Source of the DNA: Escherichia coli
Lineage (GTDB): Bacteria; Pseudomonadota; Gammaproteobacteria; Enterobacterales; Enterobacteriaceae
Direction: 5' to 3' (one strand)
DNA: 41,445 bases
NCBI RefSeq assembly: GCF_016903815.1
Contig: NZ_CP069975.1
Each line of letters starts with the position of its first letter. The stretch's first letter is position 1. The notes below the pieces were generated by a model that did not search any database, was not told the DNA's origin, and saw only the letters and a list, made by a program, of their open reading frames with translations. The position numbers were made by a program, and so were the translations under genes. Positions 18,771-27,885 of the stretch are shown here, piece after piece.

Positions 18771-19586
18771 TTAGCCAAGGCGCTTACGGCGCAGTTTCAT
18801 TGACTTTTTGCGGGCAAGTTTTGCCGCGCCGGTCTGGGCTTTTCGACGCGCTTTTTTCAGCGCCGATTTTTGAGCCGCAGTCAGACGTTTTTTACGCAGG
18901 CGTTTACGGATGAGTTTGATCTCACCGTTACGAACAACCTTCTTAAATGCTTCAGTCAGCATTTCATCAGAAGTGCCAGCAACAACAAACGCCGCTTCCA
19001 GTTCGTCGCGGTCGTCGCTATCTAAACCAGCGATAGAGGCACCAACATCAGCAGCAGCGTCGTCGTCTTCATCGTCAGCCAGTGCTTCGATCAGGTCATC
19101 ATCTACACCGCATGCTGCGAGGAAGTCAGCAACATTTGCCCATGCTTCGTTATAGGCATCGTCCTGTTCTTCTGTAACTTCGGAGTCGTCGTCATCAGAG
19201 ATACCAGCGATAGCCTGAACGAAACCATCAAGGGAGTCGAAAGTCAGATCACCGCTATCAGCCCAGGAGAAAACGGCGTCGGCCGCATCACTCAACGCAT
19301 TCTGCATAGCACTTCGATTTGCAGCTTCCAGAATCATCTGGTGCGCCTGTTCGACGGTCCATTCTTTACCGTCTTTCCCTTCCAGGATTTGCTCTGGAGC
19401 CGGGGCAGATGGAACGTTATCGTTAGTCTGTGCCGCCGGTTCCGGATTATTATTAATAACCGGATCTGTTGGCGGTTCGGCGCTTGCTCGGGCAGACTCC
19501 ATCAGCTGCACAGGATCAGAGTTCAAAGCGAAACGGGACAGTCCATTCCCCAAAAATGCCCCGGATTGAAAAAAGTTTTTGCTCAT
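18771..19586 (-). CDS. Structural protein with acidic core and highly basic C-terminal tail (P1 gene 21-like by position)
   Basis: 271-aa ORF. Central D/E-rich run (DDDDSEVTEEQDD...ALADDEDDDAAAD). C-terminus KLIRKRLRKKRLTAAQKSALKKARRKAQTGAAKLARKKSMKLRRKRLG. Confidence 0.6.
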   Translation of the reverse strand: MSKNFFQSGAFLGNGLSRFALNSDPVQLMESARASAEPPTDPVINNNPEPAAQTNDNVPSAPAPEQILEGKDGKEWTVEQAHQMILEAANRSAMQNALSDAADAVFSWADSGDLTFDSLDGFVQAIAGISDDDDSEVTEEQDDAYNEAWANVADFLAACGVDDDLIEALADDEDDDAAADVGASIAGLDSDDRDELEAAFVVAGTSDEMLTEAFKKVVRNGEIKLIRKRLRKKRLTAAQKSALKKARRKAQTGAAKLARKKSMKLRRKRLG

Positions 19587-19595
19587 TGTATTCCC

Positions 19596-21185
19596 TTACT
19601 TAATAAGCAGCGGTACGCCCTGGATACGACGGGCTACGCCAGTCGGGCAGCAGGCCCAGACTACTTCCCATTTATCGAATTCCGCCTGCGTAACTTTCAG
19701 CACATACGGTTCTGTACCGTCAGCATCGGGATCACGAGGAGCCACCAGAGCGCCGGAGGCGACAAAGCGATCTAAAAGTTTGGTCATCCCTTTAGTCAGG
19801 CCAGCCGCAGTAATACCGTCCGGGCTATGCTTCATCTGTCGGGCTAACTGGACAAAGAAACGACTGATTGCATTCATCAGGGATGGGACGTGCTGGAAGT
19901 GCAGATAGTTATCCTGCGTGCAGCAAGTTAAAGCATCGTCGATGATCATCTGGCCAGAGGTGCCAACAGATACTTTATTGAGACGGCCCTTGACCATTGC
20001 TTCTTCGTCCGGGGTATCTTCCGGATACAGCGGTTGAATTGACGCACGAGCAATGACGGCACGTTCTTCACCAGCCGGTGAGTAATGCCAACCGCCGACA
20101 TCAGAGTTTTTCTTGACGCCACGAGCTTTCGCCGCATACGCCGCGCCAGACAGACCGAAGACCACACGGGATTGGGTCCATTTGTCTTTGCAGGAGAACG
20201 GGTAGTGATAGACAGAACAGCTTACATAATCGGTACCAAGTAAACCGGTACCCTCAACAGCTGTTAGTGCTTCTGCGTACCTTAATGTCGGTTTGACATC
20301 AAAGAAGCCATCAATCAGGCGATCTGCACAGATTTTACCTAATGCGGTGATAGCCGCATTGTCATAGCAGCCCAGGCCAAGAACAGCGGTGTACATGTAC
20401 GGCGCATTATTCAGCACTTTAACCGCACGCAGGTAAGCAGCGGTTGAGATTTTCGACTGATCGCCATTGGTACCGCCAGTGAATGCCACCGATTTTTTAT
20501 TTGTTACTTTCGCTGTAGAAATCAGCTCTTCATTAACAACCGCACGCAGATATTTAGAACGGGCTTCCAGAGCCGTAGGCAGATAACACAAGCGGCCCAT
20601 GTCATCTTTCGCTTCTTCCGCCAAAGACACAGTGTGTGTCTCCAGGGTCGTTACCACACCGAGCGAAGTCGTCTGGGTCAGTTTTAAGAGGAAGCGTTCA
20701 TTACCCGCGCTGTCCGCTGTTGCCGTTTCGATGGTTAACTCACGGGTAGGTGAAATACACGGATCACCATCATCAACGTAGATAGCAAAGGCTTCGCCGC
20801 TATCAAGTTCAATTTCAGAACCGTATGGCAACGCACTGTTAGCCGGTTCGCCTGATTCATCGAACATAATAATCGGGAACTTCGCATCATCCGGAACAGC
20901 ACGGACAACATAACCAGACGTTTGCTGAATAGCTTCGTACACATGGCGAATTGGTTCAAACTGTGAGCCGGAAGACGGCTTCAGCGGTTCGCCAAGAACA
21001 TCTTCGTAATTGGACTCAGTAACCGCAAGAACAGTAAACGGCTTGCCACGCGCAAATACGCCAATACCAGCCCACAAGCTGCTATTTAATGCAACACCGG
21101 TAGATAACGTCGCATCGGCATTGATCGGGCTAACCGCGACGCCGGATGCATTACCTAATGACTGTTGAATTGAATATTGAGACAT
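19596..21185 (-). CDS. Tail sheath-like protein (P1 gene 22-like by size and position)
   Basis: 529-aa ORF directly downstream of the major head gene. Function inferred from size and synteny only. Confidence 0.5.
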   Translation of the reverse strand: MSQYSIQQSLGNASGVAVSPINADATLSTGVALNSSLWAGIGVFARGKPFTVLAVTESNYEDVLGEPLKPSSGSQFEPIRHVYEAIQQTSGYVVRAVPDDAKFPIIMFDESGEPANSALPYGSEIELDSGEAFAIYVDDGDPCISPTRELTIETATADSAGNERFLLKLTQTTSLGVVTTLETHTVSLAEEAKDDMGRLCYLPTALEARSKYLRAVVNEELISTAKVTNKKSVAFTGGTNGDQSKISTAAYLRAVKVLNNAPYMYTAVLGLGCYDNAAITALGKICADRLIDGFFDVKPTLRYAEALTAVEGTGLLGTDYVSCSVYHYPFSCKDKWTQSRVVFGLSGAAYAAKARGVKKNSDVGGWHYSPAGEERAVIARASIQPLYPEDTPDEEAMVKGRLNKVSVGTSGQMIIDDALTCCTQDNYLHFQHVPSLMNAISRFFVQLARQMKHSPDGITAAGLTKGMTKLLDRFVASGALVAPRDPDADGTEPYVLKVTQAEFDKWEVVWACCPTGVARRIQGVPLLIK

Positions 21186-21245
21186 AACTTTCCCTGTTAT
21201 GCGCCCCGCGCGGGGGCGCTATGTTAAACGGAGAGCTTCCCCTGA

Positions 21246-22952
21246 TTACTCAGAGTCACCAGCATCAATCGTGTTACCGGTCAGGAAGTTAATTCCGCCA
21301 TTTTTTGCCATAGTCAGAGTTACACGGGTGAAGTAGTCAGCACCGTTGCGTGGATGCATATCGTTGATAGCCGAACCCCACAGAGTGGTTCGGTTGACTA
21401 GTGCCGGGGTGGTCGGATGCTGGAATGGGACAGCCGGGACTGCATCACCAGTTACGAAGCCCGCTTTGCCCGGATTTTCATCACGGACGTAGCACAGCAC
21501 ATCCATTGGGCTGAACTGGATACCGTCGGCGGTCAGGTTCGTACAAATACCTTCTGGTACTTCGAACACTTTGACGTTGCCGAACAGAGTGCCAATGTAG
21601 TGGACGTATGGGGTCTGGATGTAATCTTCTGCTGGCTGGAAGAAATCCTTCGGCAATTGTTTGAAGAAAGATGCCGCATCAGCACCGGCATACATCCCCA
21701 TCGCACCAGAAGATTTAACACGCTCAATAATACCGCGATATACCGTCTGGAATTTGCCTCGAATGATGGTTGCCCACACATCAAAGGTCTGGTTAGCTGG
21801 TAGTGCAATATCAAAGGAGTCGGTCGCAAGAGTTCGCCAAATCATGATACGAAGACGAAGCATATCTTGCTCATGGGACAGGTATTCCTTCAGGGTGCGG
21901 AACTGTAGGGAGCCAAGATCCAGACCAAATTCACGCTGTGCTTCATACGCCGCCTGTACCGTGTGCTCAGCCGCGATGACGAACTGGTTTGGGAACAGGG
22001 TGTAACTCTTCATTTCGTGGTTGATAAGTGGGATCAGCTCAGGAGCTGCTTCTATATTGATCTCCGCCTCAATGGCGATCTCAGTGCCTTTATCCGGCGC
22101 TTTGGAGAACGACAGGGCAATCTGACCAACGTTGTAATTCAAAGAGCAAGTAACAGTGATTTGTTCGCCTGCTTTGTTATTGAATGTGTGAAGCAGAGTA
22201 CCGGAGCCGTTATCAACAACAGACTTAATACGGTTAACGTAGATGTTTGTGCGACCTTTGCGAATCGGGACATTCTGACCTTCGACATCTTCCATCTTGA
22301 AGGTTGCAGTTTTGCTGGTGCCGTCGGAGCTTGCAACCAGCACATAGCGGCGGCGCAACTGGCTGTACACGCCAACGGATTGCATGTCCAGAACATCACC
22401 AATAGCATAGGAGCCAAAAGAAGAACCCGCTACGTTAAAGATTTCATAGATTTCGGACTTGTCACGCGTAACCGGAATGAATGTACACGCATCAGCGGTA
22501 GCTGCCCCCAACTGAACAGGCAGGATCATCGCCAAGAATAAAGGCAGACGCATAACCCCGTCAGAAACACTCATCATCTCTGCCGCGACTGATTCCAGCA
22601 TCGCTTTATTGGTGGCGTCCATGCTATTGCGGGTGGACTCAATCAGGCAGTTTTCCAGCGTCTGATGGCAGGAGGCCAGAATTTCCGGACGTGGCATAGA
22701 TTTATGTGTTGCGGCGTAGTCAGCCAGTGCACTTGCCCACGCTGTAGCGATTTGAGCGGTGGCATTATCAGAGATACCCGCAAAAATTGGGTCTTTACGT
22801 GCAGCTTCAAGGATAGATGCGGCACGCGCGGCATCATCTTTAATGAATTGGTTATCAGTACCGAACTGCGCAGTGCTTGCCCAGCCAAGCACAGCTTTAG
22901 AGCGTTTTGCGATATCTGCAATACGATTCTGGTATTCGCGTAAGTTACTCAA
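21246..22952 (-). CDS. Major head (capsid) protein (P1 gene 23-like by size and position)
   Basis: ORF track 21246..22973 starts at TTG; I place the start at in-frame TTG 22952 preceded by AAGGAAGAG (no in-frame ATG nearby). First gene after the candidate late promoter 23004-23028. Confidence 0.55.
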   Translation of the reverse strand: MSNLREYQNRIADIAKRSKAVLGWASTAQFGTDNQFIKDDAARAASILEAARKDPIFAGISDNATAQIATAWASALADYAATHKSMPRPEILASCHQTLENCLIESTRNSMDATNKAMLESVAAEMMSVSDGVMRLPLFLAMILPVQLGAATADACTFIPVTRDKSEIYEIFNVAGSSFGSYAIGDVLDMQSVGVYSQLRRRYVLVASSDGTSKTATFKMEDVEGQNVPIRKGRTNIYVNRIKSVVDNGSGTLLHTFNNKAGEQITVTCSLNYNVGQIALSFSKAPDKGTEIAIEAEINIEAAPELIPLINHEMKSYTLFPNQFVIAAEHTVQAAYEAQREFGLDLGSLQFRTLKEYLSHEQDMLRLRIMIWRTLATDSFDIALPANQTFDVWATIIRGKFQTVYRGIIERVKSSGAMGMYAGADAASFFKQLPKDFFQPAEDYIQTPYVHYIGTLFGNVKVFEVPEGICTNLTADGIQFSPMDVLCYVRDENPGKAGFVTGDAVPAVPFQHPTTPALVNRTTLWGSAINDMHPRNGADYFTRVTLTMAKNGGINFLTGNTIDAGDSE

Positions 22953-23003
22953 TTTACTCTTCCTTAAACACAAGGCACTTGTGTGAATCCCTTTTCGGAA
23001 GAG

Positions 23004-23028
23004 ATTTTATTGAAAGTCACTTGTTGAC
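23004..23028 (-). promoter_or_regulatory. Candidate late promoter of the head/sheath operon
   Basis: Gene strand: GTCAACAAGTGAC (23028-23016), 6 bp, TAAAAT (23009-23004); about 50 nt upstream of the gene 23 start. Confidence 0.45.
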
Positions 23029-23084
23029 TTTCTCGTGACAAGCAATTTTTTTATTTTTTTTCGGGAGTAGGGGAGGAAGGTAAA

Positions 23085-23178
23085 ATCCAAGGTGAAATCG
23101 TGGCGATTTCACCTTGAAATTTTAGAGTGATTTACTTTAAAAACAGTAGTTTAATAGTGAAATTTGAATGGCGAAAGT
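23085..23178. promoter_or_regulatory. parS: parS-like partition site (ParB heptamer/hexamer boxes flanking an AT-rich, IHF-like core)
   Basis: GTGAAATCGTGGCGATTTCAC (23091-23111) and TAGTGAAATTTGAATGGCGAAAG (23155-23177) carry ATTTCAC-type heptamers and TCGCCA hexamers (as TGGCGA), separated by AT-rich DNA; immediately downstream of the parB stop. Confidence 0.65.
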
Positions 23179-24180
23179 TTAAGGCTTCGGCTTTTTATCG
23201 AGGCTCTTTCTAAGGATATGCCCAATCATCCTGTCGAGTTCTTCCTGTAGCTCTTTTGAAAGTCGATTAAACTCATAAGAAAATGCACGGCCTTTCACGC
23301 GCTTCCTTGCAAAGCGATCCTTGTCCTCAAATTTCCATAATTCAGTAACTACGGACTTATCTTTAGAACCTTTATCCGTGAGTAGTGAGGCTTCCTTTGT
23401 TATCAAGCGCAGGATTTTATTTTTAACTTCATCTTCGGCCATTTCTTCAATGGATAAGATGTCGTTTATTTCCGGGGATATGTTTTGAATAAGCTGATCA
23501 AACTCTAAATTCTTGTTCCCCATTTCGTCGCCAACAGCACAAAGCGTTTTGTAGTCCGAAAAGGTTAATTCCGACTGCACAGGGAAAAGGGCGACTAATT
23601 CTTCCGGAGCACTCGCTGCCTGGAGAGCACGCGTGACCTTCGCCTGAGACAGCCCTTCTTTGGCTGCAATATCCTTCTGACTCATCCCATCATTTTTCAT
23701 TCGCATCAAACGCAGACCTATTTCTCGAATGCTGTGCTGCAATGCTGTCTGAACGTCTTTCGCTAAATTTTGCGCTTCCTGAACGCTGATCTCCTGGTCC
23801 GTGACTAAAACCCGCAACCCTACGTTCTCTAAGATGGCAGAAGCTCGACGCCGGGAACCATCCAAAATTTCAATTTTCCCTGTAGCCCGTCTAACACCTA
23901 TTGCAGGGTAAAATTGCTGATGCTTAATAGTGCTTCGGATACTTTTTAATGATTTTGGCGTAAGAGATGCCTGGTCACGCCCGTTGTTATGCTGATCAAC
24001 AAAGGTATCGCTTTCTACCTGGTTCGGAGGTATTACCTCTTCAATAAATGTGGCCTGGCGACCAGTTGATAACTTGAATACCTGCTCGACTCGATCGCCA
24101 GAGGCTGAAGAACTATCAAATCCGCTTAATATTGAAGGATTAAGGGTTCGCCCAATTGTTGGTCTGTTTTTCTTTGACAT
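23179..24180 (-). CDS. parB: Partition protein ParB (centromere-binding)
   Basis: 333-aa ORF downstream of parA with a 16-nt gap; followed by the parS-like site. Confidence 0.85.
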   Translation of the reverse strand: MSKKNRPTIGRTLNPSILSGFDSSSASGDRVEQVFKLSTGRQATFIEEVIPPNQVESDTFVDQHNNGRDQASLTPKSLKSIRSTIKHQQFYPAIGVRRATGKIEILDGSRRRASAILENVGLRVLVTDQEISVQEAQNLAKDVQTALQHSIREIGLRLMRMKNDGMSQKDIAAKEGLSQAKVTRALQAASAPEELVALFPVQSELTFSDYKTLCAVGDEMGNKNLEFDQLIQNISPEINDILSIEEMAEDEVKNKILRLITKEASLLTDKGSKDKSVVTELWKFEDKDRFARKRVKGRAFSYEFNRLSKELQEELDRMIGHILRKSLDKKPKP

Positions 24181-24196
24181 GGGGGTTTCTTACTCC

Positions 24197-25393
24197 TCAG
24201 TTAGATCTGATAAATTCAATACGGTCAAAAACTGCTTTAGCAAAATCTTCCGCAGCAATTCGCGCGTTCTTCAATGCATCAGCACTACCAACATACGTTG
24301 CCGGGTTAGCTGAAATAACAGTGTCAAAAGACTCGCCGCAGCGTTCAAAACCGTCAAGGCGAGGGAGGACAACATCAAGCATATCCCCACCGAACACTTC
24401 TTTAGCCAGGCTATGGCAATACTTATGGTCTGCCTTGTTACTCAACTTGGACATAAAACCAATGTTAGTTGCAAGCTGACACTCGCAGCCTTCATCCGAA
24501 ATGAGTTTCACCAACTCAGGAAGGCGGGCAACGTATTTAAGCGATGAGTGGAAATCAACCGTTGCAGGCGGCAGAGGTGTAAACAGTATATTGGCCGAGG
24601 CCAAAGCATTTTTCAGGAAGGCGTCAAGGTGAGGACCACTATCAACGAGGATAAAGTCATAATCGCTCTTCAGCTTATCAATCACATTTTCTTTCAGGAC
24701 TGCATGGATGTTCTGACCCGGTAGATGCTCATTGCACAGCTCTCTCCAATCGGATGCAATAAAGGCATCGTCAATCGACGCAGGCATAACGTCAACCCCA
24801 GGTACAACAGAAGGAACAATAAACTCCTCTAACAGCTCTTCACGGCTTACATTCTGCAACATAGCCTGTGCAGATGTTGCGTTTACGATACCAATAGAGT
24901 GTTTATGGCTTAAAAACATCGTTGCTGAAGATTGCGGATCAAGGTCAATAACCAGAATCCTTAAATCTTCCATCAGAAGATGAGGATGAGCACGCATTGC
25001 ATGCGCCAGAGAAACCGTCGATACAGTTTTTGACACACCGCCTTTAAGATTGGAGATGAAAATCACATACGCTTCGCTGTAGCGATCCCGGTATTTTGGC
25101 ACTCCGCGATGTTCATATATGTCAATGATGTTCTGAATTGACATCGCATATTTCATTGAAGAGCCAGCAGGGCGTTTATCGAAAACATAACCCTTTTCTT
25201 CCATTTCACTTACGGCATAGTCAACGTTCGCACGAGTCAGTAGAGGCAATTTTGCCAGTGCCGCTTTCGCATAGACCTGGTAAAACTCGTTCGCGTGTAG
25301 CTCATCCTTTTGCAACTGTACTTGTTCAGTCAGAACATTGAGCATTCTATTTGCTCTTTGAGCAACCTTGTGAAGCTGGCTGGAATCACTCAT
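24197..25393 (-). CDS. parA: Partition ATPase ParA (type Ia, with N-terminal DNA-binding extension)
   Basis: 398-aa ORF with deviant Walker A KGGVSKT and ParA-type motifs. Confidence 0.9.
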   Translation of the reverse strand: MSDSSQLHKVAQRANRMLNVLTEQVQLQKDELHANEFYQVYAKAALAKLPLLTRANVDYAVSEMEEKGYVFDKRPAGSSMKYAMSIQNIIDIYEHRGVPKYRDRYSEAYVIFISNLKGGVSKTVSTVSLAHAMRAHPHLLMEDLRILVIDLDPQSSATMFLSHKHSIGIVNATSAQAMLQNVSREELLEEFIVPSVVPGVDVMPASIDDAFIASDWRELCNEHLPGQNIHAVLKENVIDKLKSDYDFILVDSGPHLDAFLKNALASANILFTPLPPATVDFHSSLKYVARLPELVKLISDEGCECQLATNIGFMSKLSNKADHKYCHSLAKEVFGGDMLDVVLPRLDGFERCGESFDTVISANPATYVGSADALKNARIAAEDFAKAVFDRIEFIRSN

Positions 25394-25408
25394 CGAAAGT
25401 CATCCTTT

Positions 25409-25444
25409 ATGCTGTATTTTTGAATTTAATTAAAAATGCTGCAT
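25409..25444. promoter_or_regulatory. par promoter/operator region (imperfect inverted repeat)
   Basis: ATGCTGTATTTTT...AAAAATGCTGCAT imperfect dyad 16-50 bp upstream of the parA ATG, in AT-rich DNA. Confidence 0.5.
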
Positions 25445-25532
25445 AAAATAATAATGTATGCGTAGATGCTTGTACATAGCATTTTCTGCATGTTTGGTTC
25501 ATTTTGCACGATTGAGAGTTACAAGGAGGGCA

Positions 25533-25555
25533 CAAAAAAGCCCCGTTCAGGGGCA
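25533..25555 (-). terminator. Rho-independent terminator after the two-gene insertion cassette
   Basis: On the minus strand GCCCC-TGAAC-GGGGC followed by TTTTTT; starts 7 nt after the stop of the 25562..25810 ORF. Confidence 0.7.
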
Positions 25556-25561
25556 TCAGTG

Positions 25562-25810
25562 TTATTTGCTAAGAGCAGCGAATAATCGTTCGAAATCGAT
25601 AGTATCTATAGCACGCGTAAGCGCCGGAAGTTCAGCCTCAAAGTACCCGTGTCGATCGTAAAAGAAGGGACCGAAGAGCGAGGCATGTTGGATTCTACTT
25701 CGCCCCAGCCCGGACACACAGTTAAGCCCATTACCGGCTAAAAGGCTAAAAAACTTCTCTGGATTATCGTGGTAAAGCTGGGAATCAATGGTGGCGGTTA
25801 ACTCTTCCAT
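25562..25810 (-). CDS. Small hypothetical protein, translationally coupled to the upstream T5orf172-like gene
   Basis: ORF track 25562..25822; likely start ATG 25810, lying 13 nt inside the end of the upstream gene (ATGGAAGAGTTAA overlap); followed by a terminator. Confidence 0.5.
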   Translation of the reverse strand: MEELTATIDSQLYHDNPEKFFSLLAGNGLNCVSGLGRSRIQHASLFGPFFYDRHGYFEAELPALTRAIDTIDFERLFAALSK

Positions 25811-26373
25811 AGGGAAGCACACCCGCCCTGTATATCCCAGGGATATTTAGTCCGAAGCATAAACATTGCTTTCAGCAATTCACATTGAGCGCGGATCGCG
25901 TCCGGTTCATAGCCAGATATGGAGACATAAGCCACGTCCCTCATTCCTGCGTCATCTTTGAAAGTCACGATAGAAGTAACATCCAGCTCTTTTTCGAAAG
26001 AGCAAGCAGCATCTACTGGACGCTGAAGTAAATCATTCGACTTAATGCGCTCGAGAATCCCTCCCCACATATCATTTAGATATTCGATATGAGCCAAAAC
26101 CTTATCAAGACACTCTCGTGTAAACCATTCAGTATGCCCGCCACCGACGCTTTTCTCCCACGGCGCATTCCAGGGGAAAAAGGTTGCGTGTAAAGCCCGC
26201 TCAAGATTAACCATTGCCAAACGCGTACCACGATAGACCCGTGAAAGCGCAAAATCGGGACTCACTTGTAGCCCTTTAAACCGTGCCAATGGACCACATG
26301 AAATGCCGATTTTAAAAGTATCTCCGTTCTCTGGCACCAGAACGTAGAGGTAGTGTTGTTTCTCTTCTTGCAT
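25798..26373 (-). CDS. T5orf172 / GIY-YIG-like domain protein (cargo gene between incA and the par promoter)
   Basis: 191-aa ORF; N-terminal YLYVLVPENGDTFKIGIS...RFKGLQ...LERALHATF...GGGHTEWF matches the T5orf172 domain pattern as I recall it (hydrophobic strand, KIG, conserved LH, terminal EWF). Confidence 0.6.
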   Translation of the reverse strand: MQEEKQHYLYVLVPENGDTFKIGISCGPLARFKGLQVSPDFALSRVYRGTRLAMVNLERALHATFFPWNAPWEKSVGGGHTEWFTRECLDKVLAHIEYLNDMWGGILERIKSNDLLQRPVDAACSFEKELDVTSIVTFKDDAGMRDVAYVSISGYEPDAIRAQCELLKAMFMLRTKYPWDIQGGCASLWKS

Positions 26374-26399
26374 ATCAATACCACTGCTTGATGAGAACC

Positions 26400-26665
26400 G
26401 CGCAAATGTTGACTATGCGCGAAGGTTAATGTGAATAGTTGACTATGCGCGATGTGACTACAGTCAAAAGTTGACTGTAGTCGATTTAACTCCACCAAAG
26501 ATCGACTATGTAAGATATTGTCGGGAGAAACGTTGACTATACGCGATGAAATGCCCCTAAAAGCCATCTCAATAGCGACTTGCAGAATATTGACGCCAGC
26601 AAAAATCCACCAGCGTCAACGAATGTCGCCTATAGTCAACTTCTCGCTATCGCATATAGTCAATA
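26400..26665. repeat. incA-like iteron array (RepA-binding control locus)
   Basis: At least 7 copies of a ~15-bp iteron TTGACTAT(G/A)CGCGA and variants, in both orientations: 26408, 26437, 26470, 26503, 26533; inverted copies at 26624 and 26650. Confidence 0.8.
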
Positions 26666-27550
26666 TTATGGATTGCGCTTATGGATCTGGAAGCCGATTT
26701 TCCTGCCGTTTTTTATCTCTGAAAATTTAAGATATTCAATAGCTTCCAAATCTTTCATGGCTTTTCTGATAACGCTATTTTGCACGCTAACGGATGATTT
26801 GAGATTAAGCCTCGCTCTAAGGCGCTCAATGCTGACAGGTGCCGGGTTGGCGGGTAGAGCCTCAAAGAATGTATACAGTACCTTGGCCGTCTCTTTGCGC
26901 CCTAGTTTATCCAGCATCTTCAGCTTCAGGATTCGCTTATAGTCAACATAGTAAAGTTCAGATAGCTGTTTCTGCGGCTGGATCTCGATAACATCAAGCT
27001 CGGTATTCAGGCTGCTATATGCCAACAAGTTGACGTTAATGTTATTGAGATGACCTTTTGCCGCCGGGAAGCGGAATTTGACAACTGTCTGCTGAATGCG
27101 TGTCAGAGAGTCATCAATACTTTTACGGAACGCCTTTGAAAGGCGCTTACGTGGATAGCCGCATCGATCGGCAAACTCGGAGAATGGCAGGGTGATTATG
27201 CCGTCATCATCAGGTGCGTAGTCAAACAACGCGGAGGTTATGCCCACCCACACCTTAAAATCAGTATCCATATCCAGGCGTGGACCATGAATTTCAATTC
27301 CCTCATAGCCTTCCTGCTCAACAATTTTGAGGCTTGATAGTTCTTCAGTTGCGTTCGTTGTGTTTGTTGTAACTGACGATCCGCGACGTAGCGCCACATT
27401 GGTAGATTTTAAGGTTGGCACAAACACACCTAAGCGCAACAAAGCGATGGGTTGTATAGTGCTGTTGTTATTGGGCTTCAGGCTGTGGATTTCTCCTGTA
27501 TTTCCTGCAACTTCTTCAACGCTAAGGAAGCCTTTACTTTCTTCCGGCAT
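26666..27550 (-). CDS. repA: Iteron-binding plasmid replication initiator RepA
   Basis: ORF track 26666..27586 starts at TTG; start placed at ATG 27550 with GGAGAAA RBS. Flanked by iteron arrays on both sides. Confidence 0.8.
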   Translation of the reverse strand: MPEESKGFLSVEEVAGNTGEIHSLKPNNNSTIQPIALLRLGVFVPTLKSTNVALRRGSSVTTNTTNATEELSSLKIVEQEGYEGIEIHGPRLDMDTDFKVWVGITSALFDYAPDDDGIITLPFSEFADRCGYPRKRLSKAFRKSIDDSLTRIQQTVVKFRFPAAKGHLNNINVNLLAYSSLNTELDVIEIQPQKQLSELYYVDYKRILKLKMLDKLGRKETAKVLYTFFEALPANPAPVSIERLRARLNLKSSVSVQNSVIRKAMKDLEAIEYLKFSEIKNGRKIGFQIHKRNP

Positions 27551-27589
27551 CACGGTTTCTCCATGTGTGGCGCGGCCTGACGTCAATTT

Positions 27590-27850
27590 GGATGGCTGTT
27601 ATCAACAGCTGTGAATATTCAGACTCTAAAATCGCTTACAGTCAATGTTTCTGTCGCGTATAGTCAACAATAAATCGCGTGCAGTCAACAATAAATCGTG
27701 CACAGTCAACATAAAATCGCGTATAGTCAATGTTGATCCCATTTCAGGCCAGTAATGACGCGGCTTACAGCGATCCGGGATCTTCTTTGGATCTTCCTAG
27801 GTTCTCTTTAGGATCTGTTTATTGGATCTATGCTGTGGATAAGTTGAATA
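27590..27850. promoter_or_regulatory. Plasmid origin oriR / incC: five iterons, GATC cluster, DnaA boxes
   Basis: Five direct iterons TCGCGTATAGTCAA-type at 27625-27735. Six GATC sites within 95 bp (27735, 27772, 27779, 27790, 27812, 27825). DnaA box TGTGGATAA at 27834-27842 and TTATCAACA-like box near 27612. Confidence 0.8.
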
Positions 27851-27885
27851 AACCGGCCAACAAAGCCGGTTGGAAGGAAGTCATA

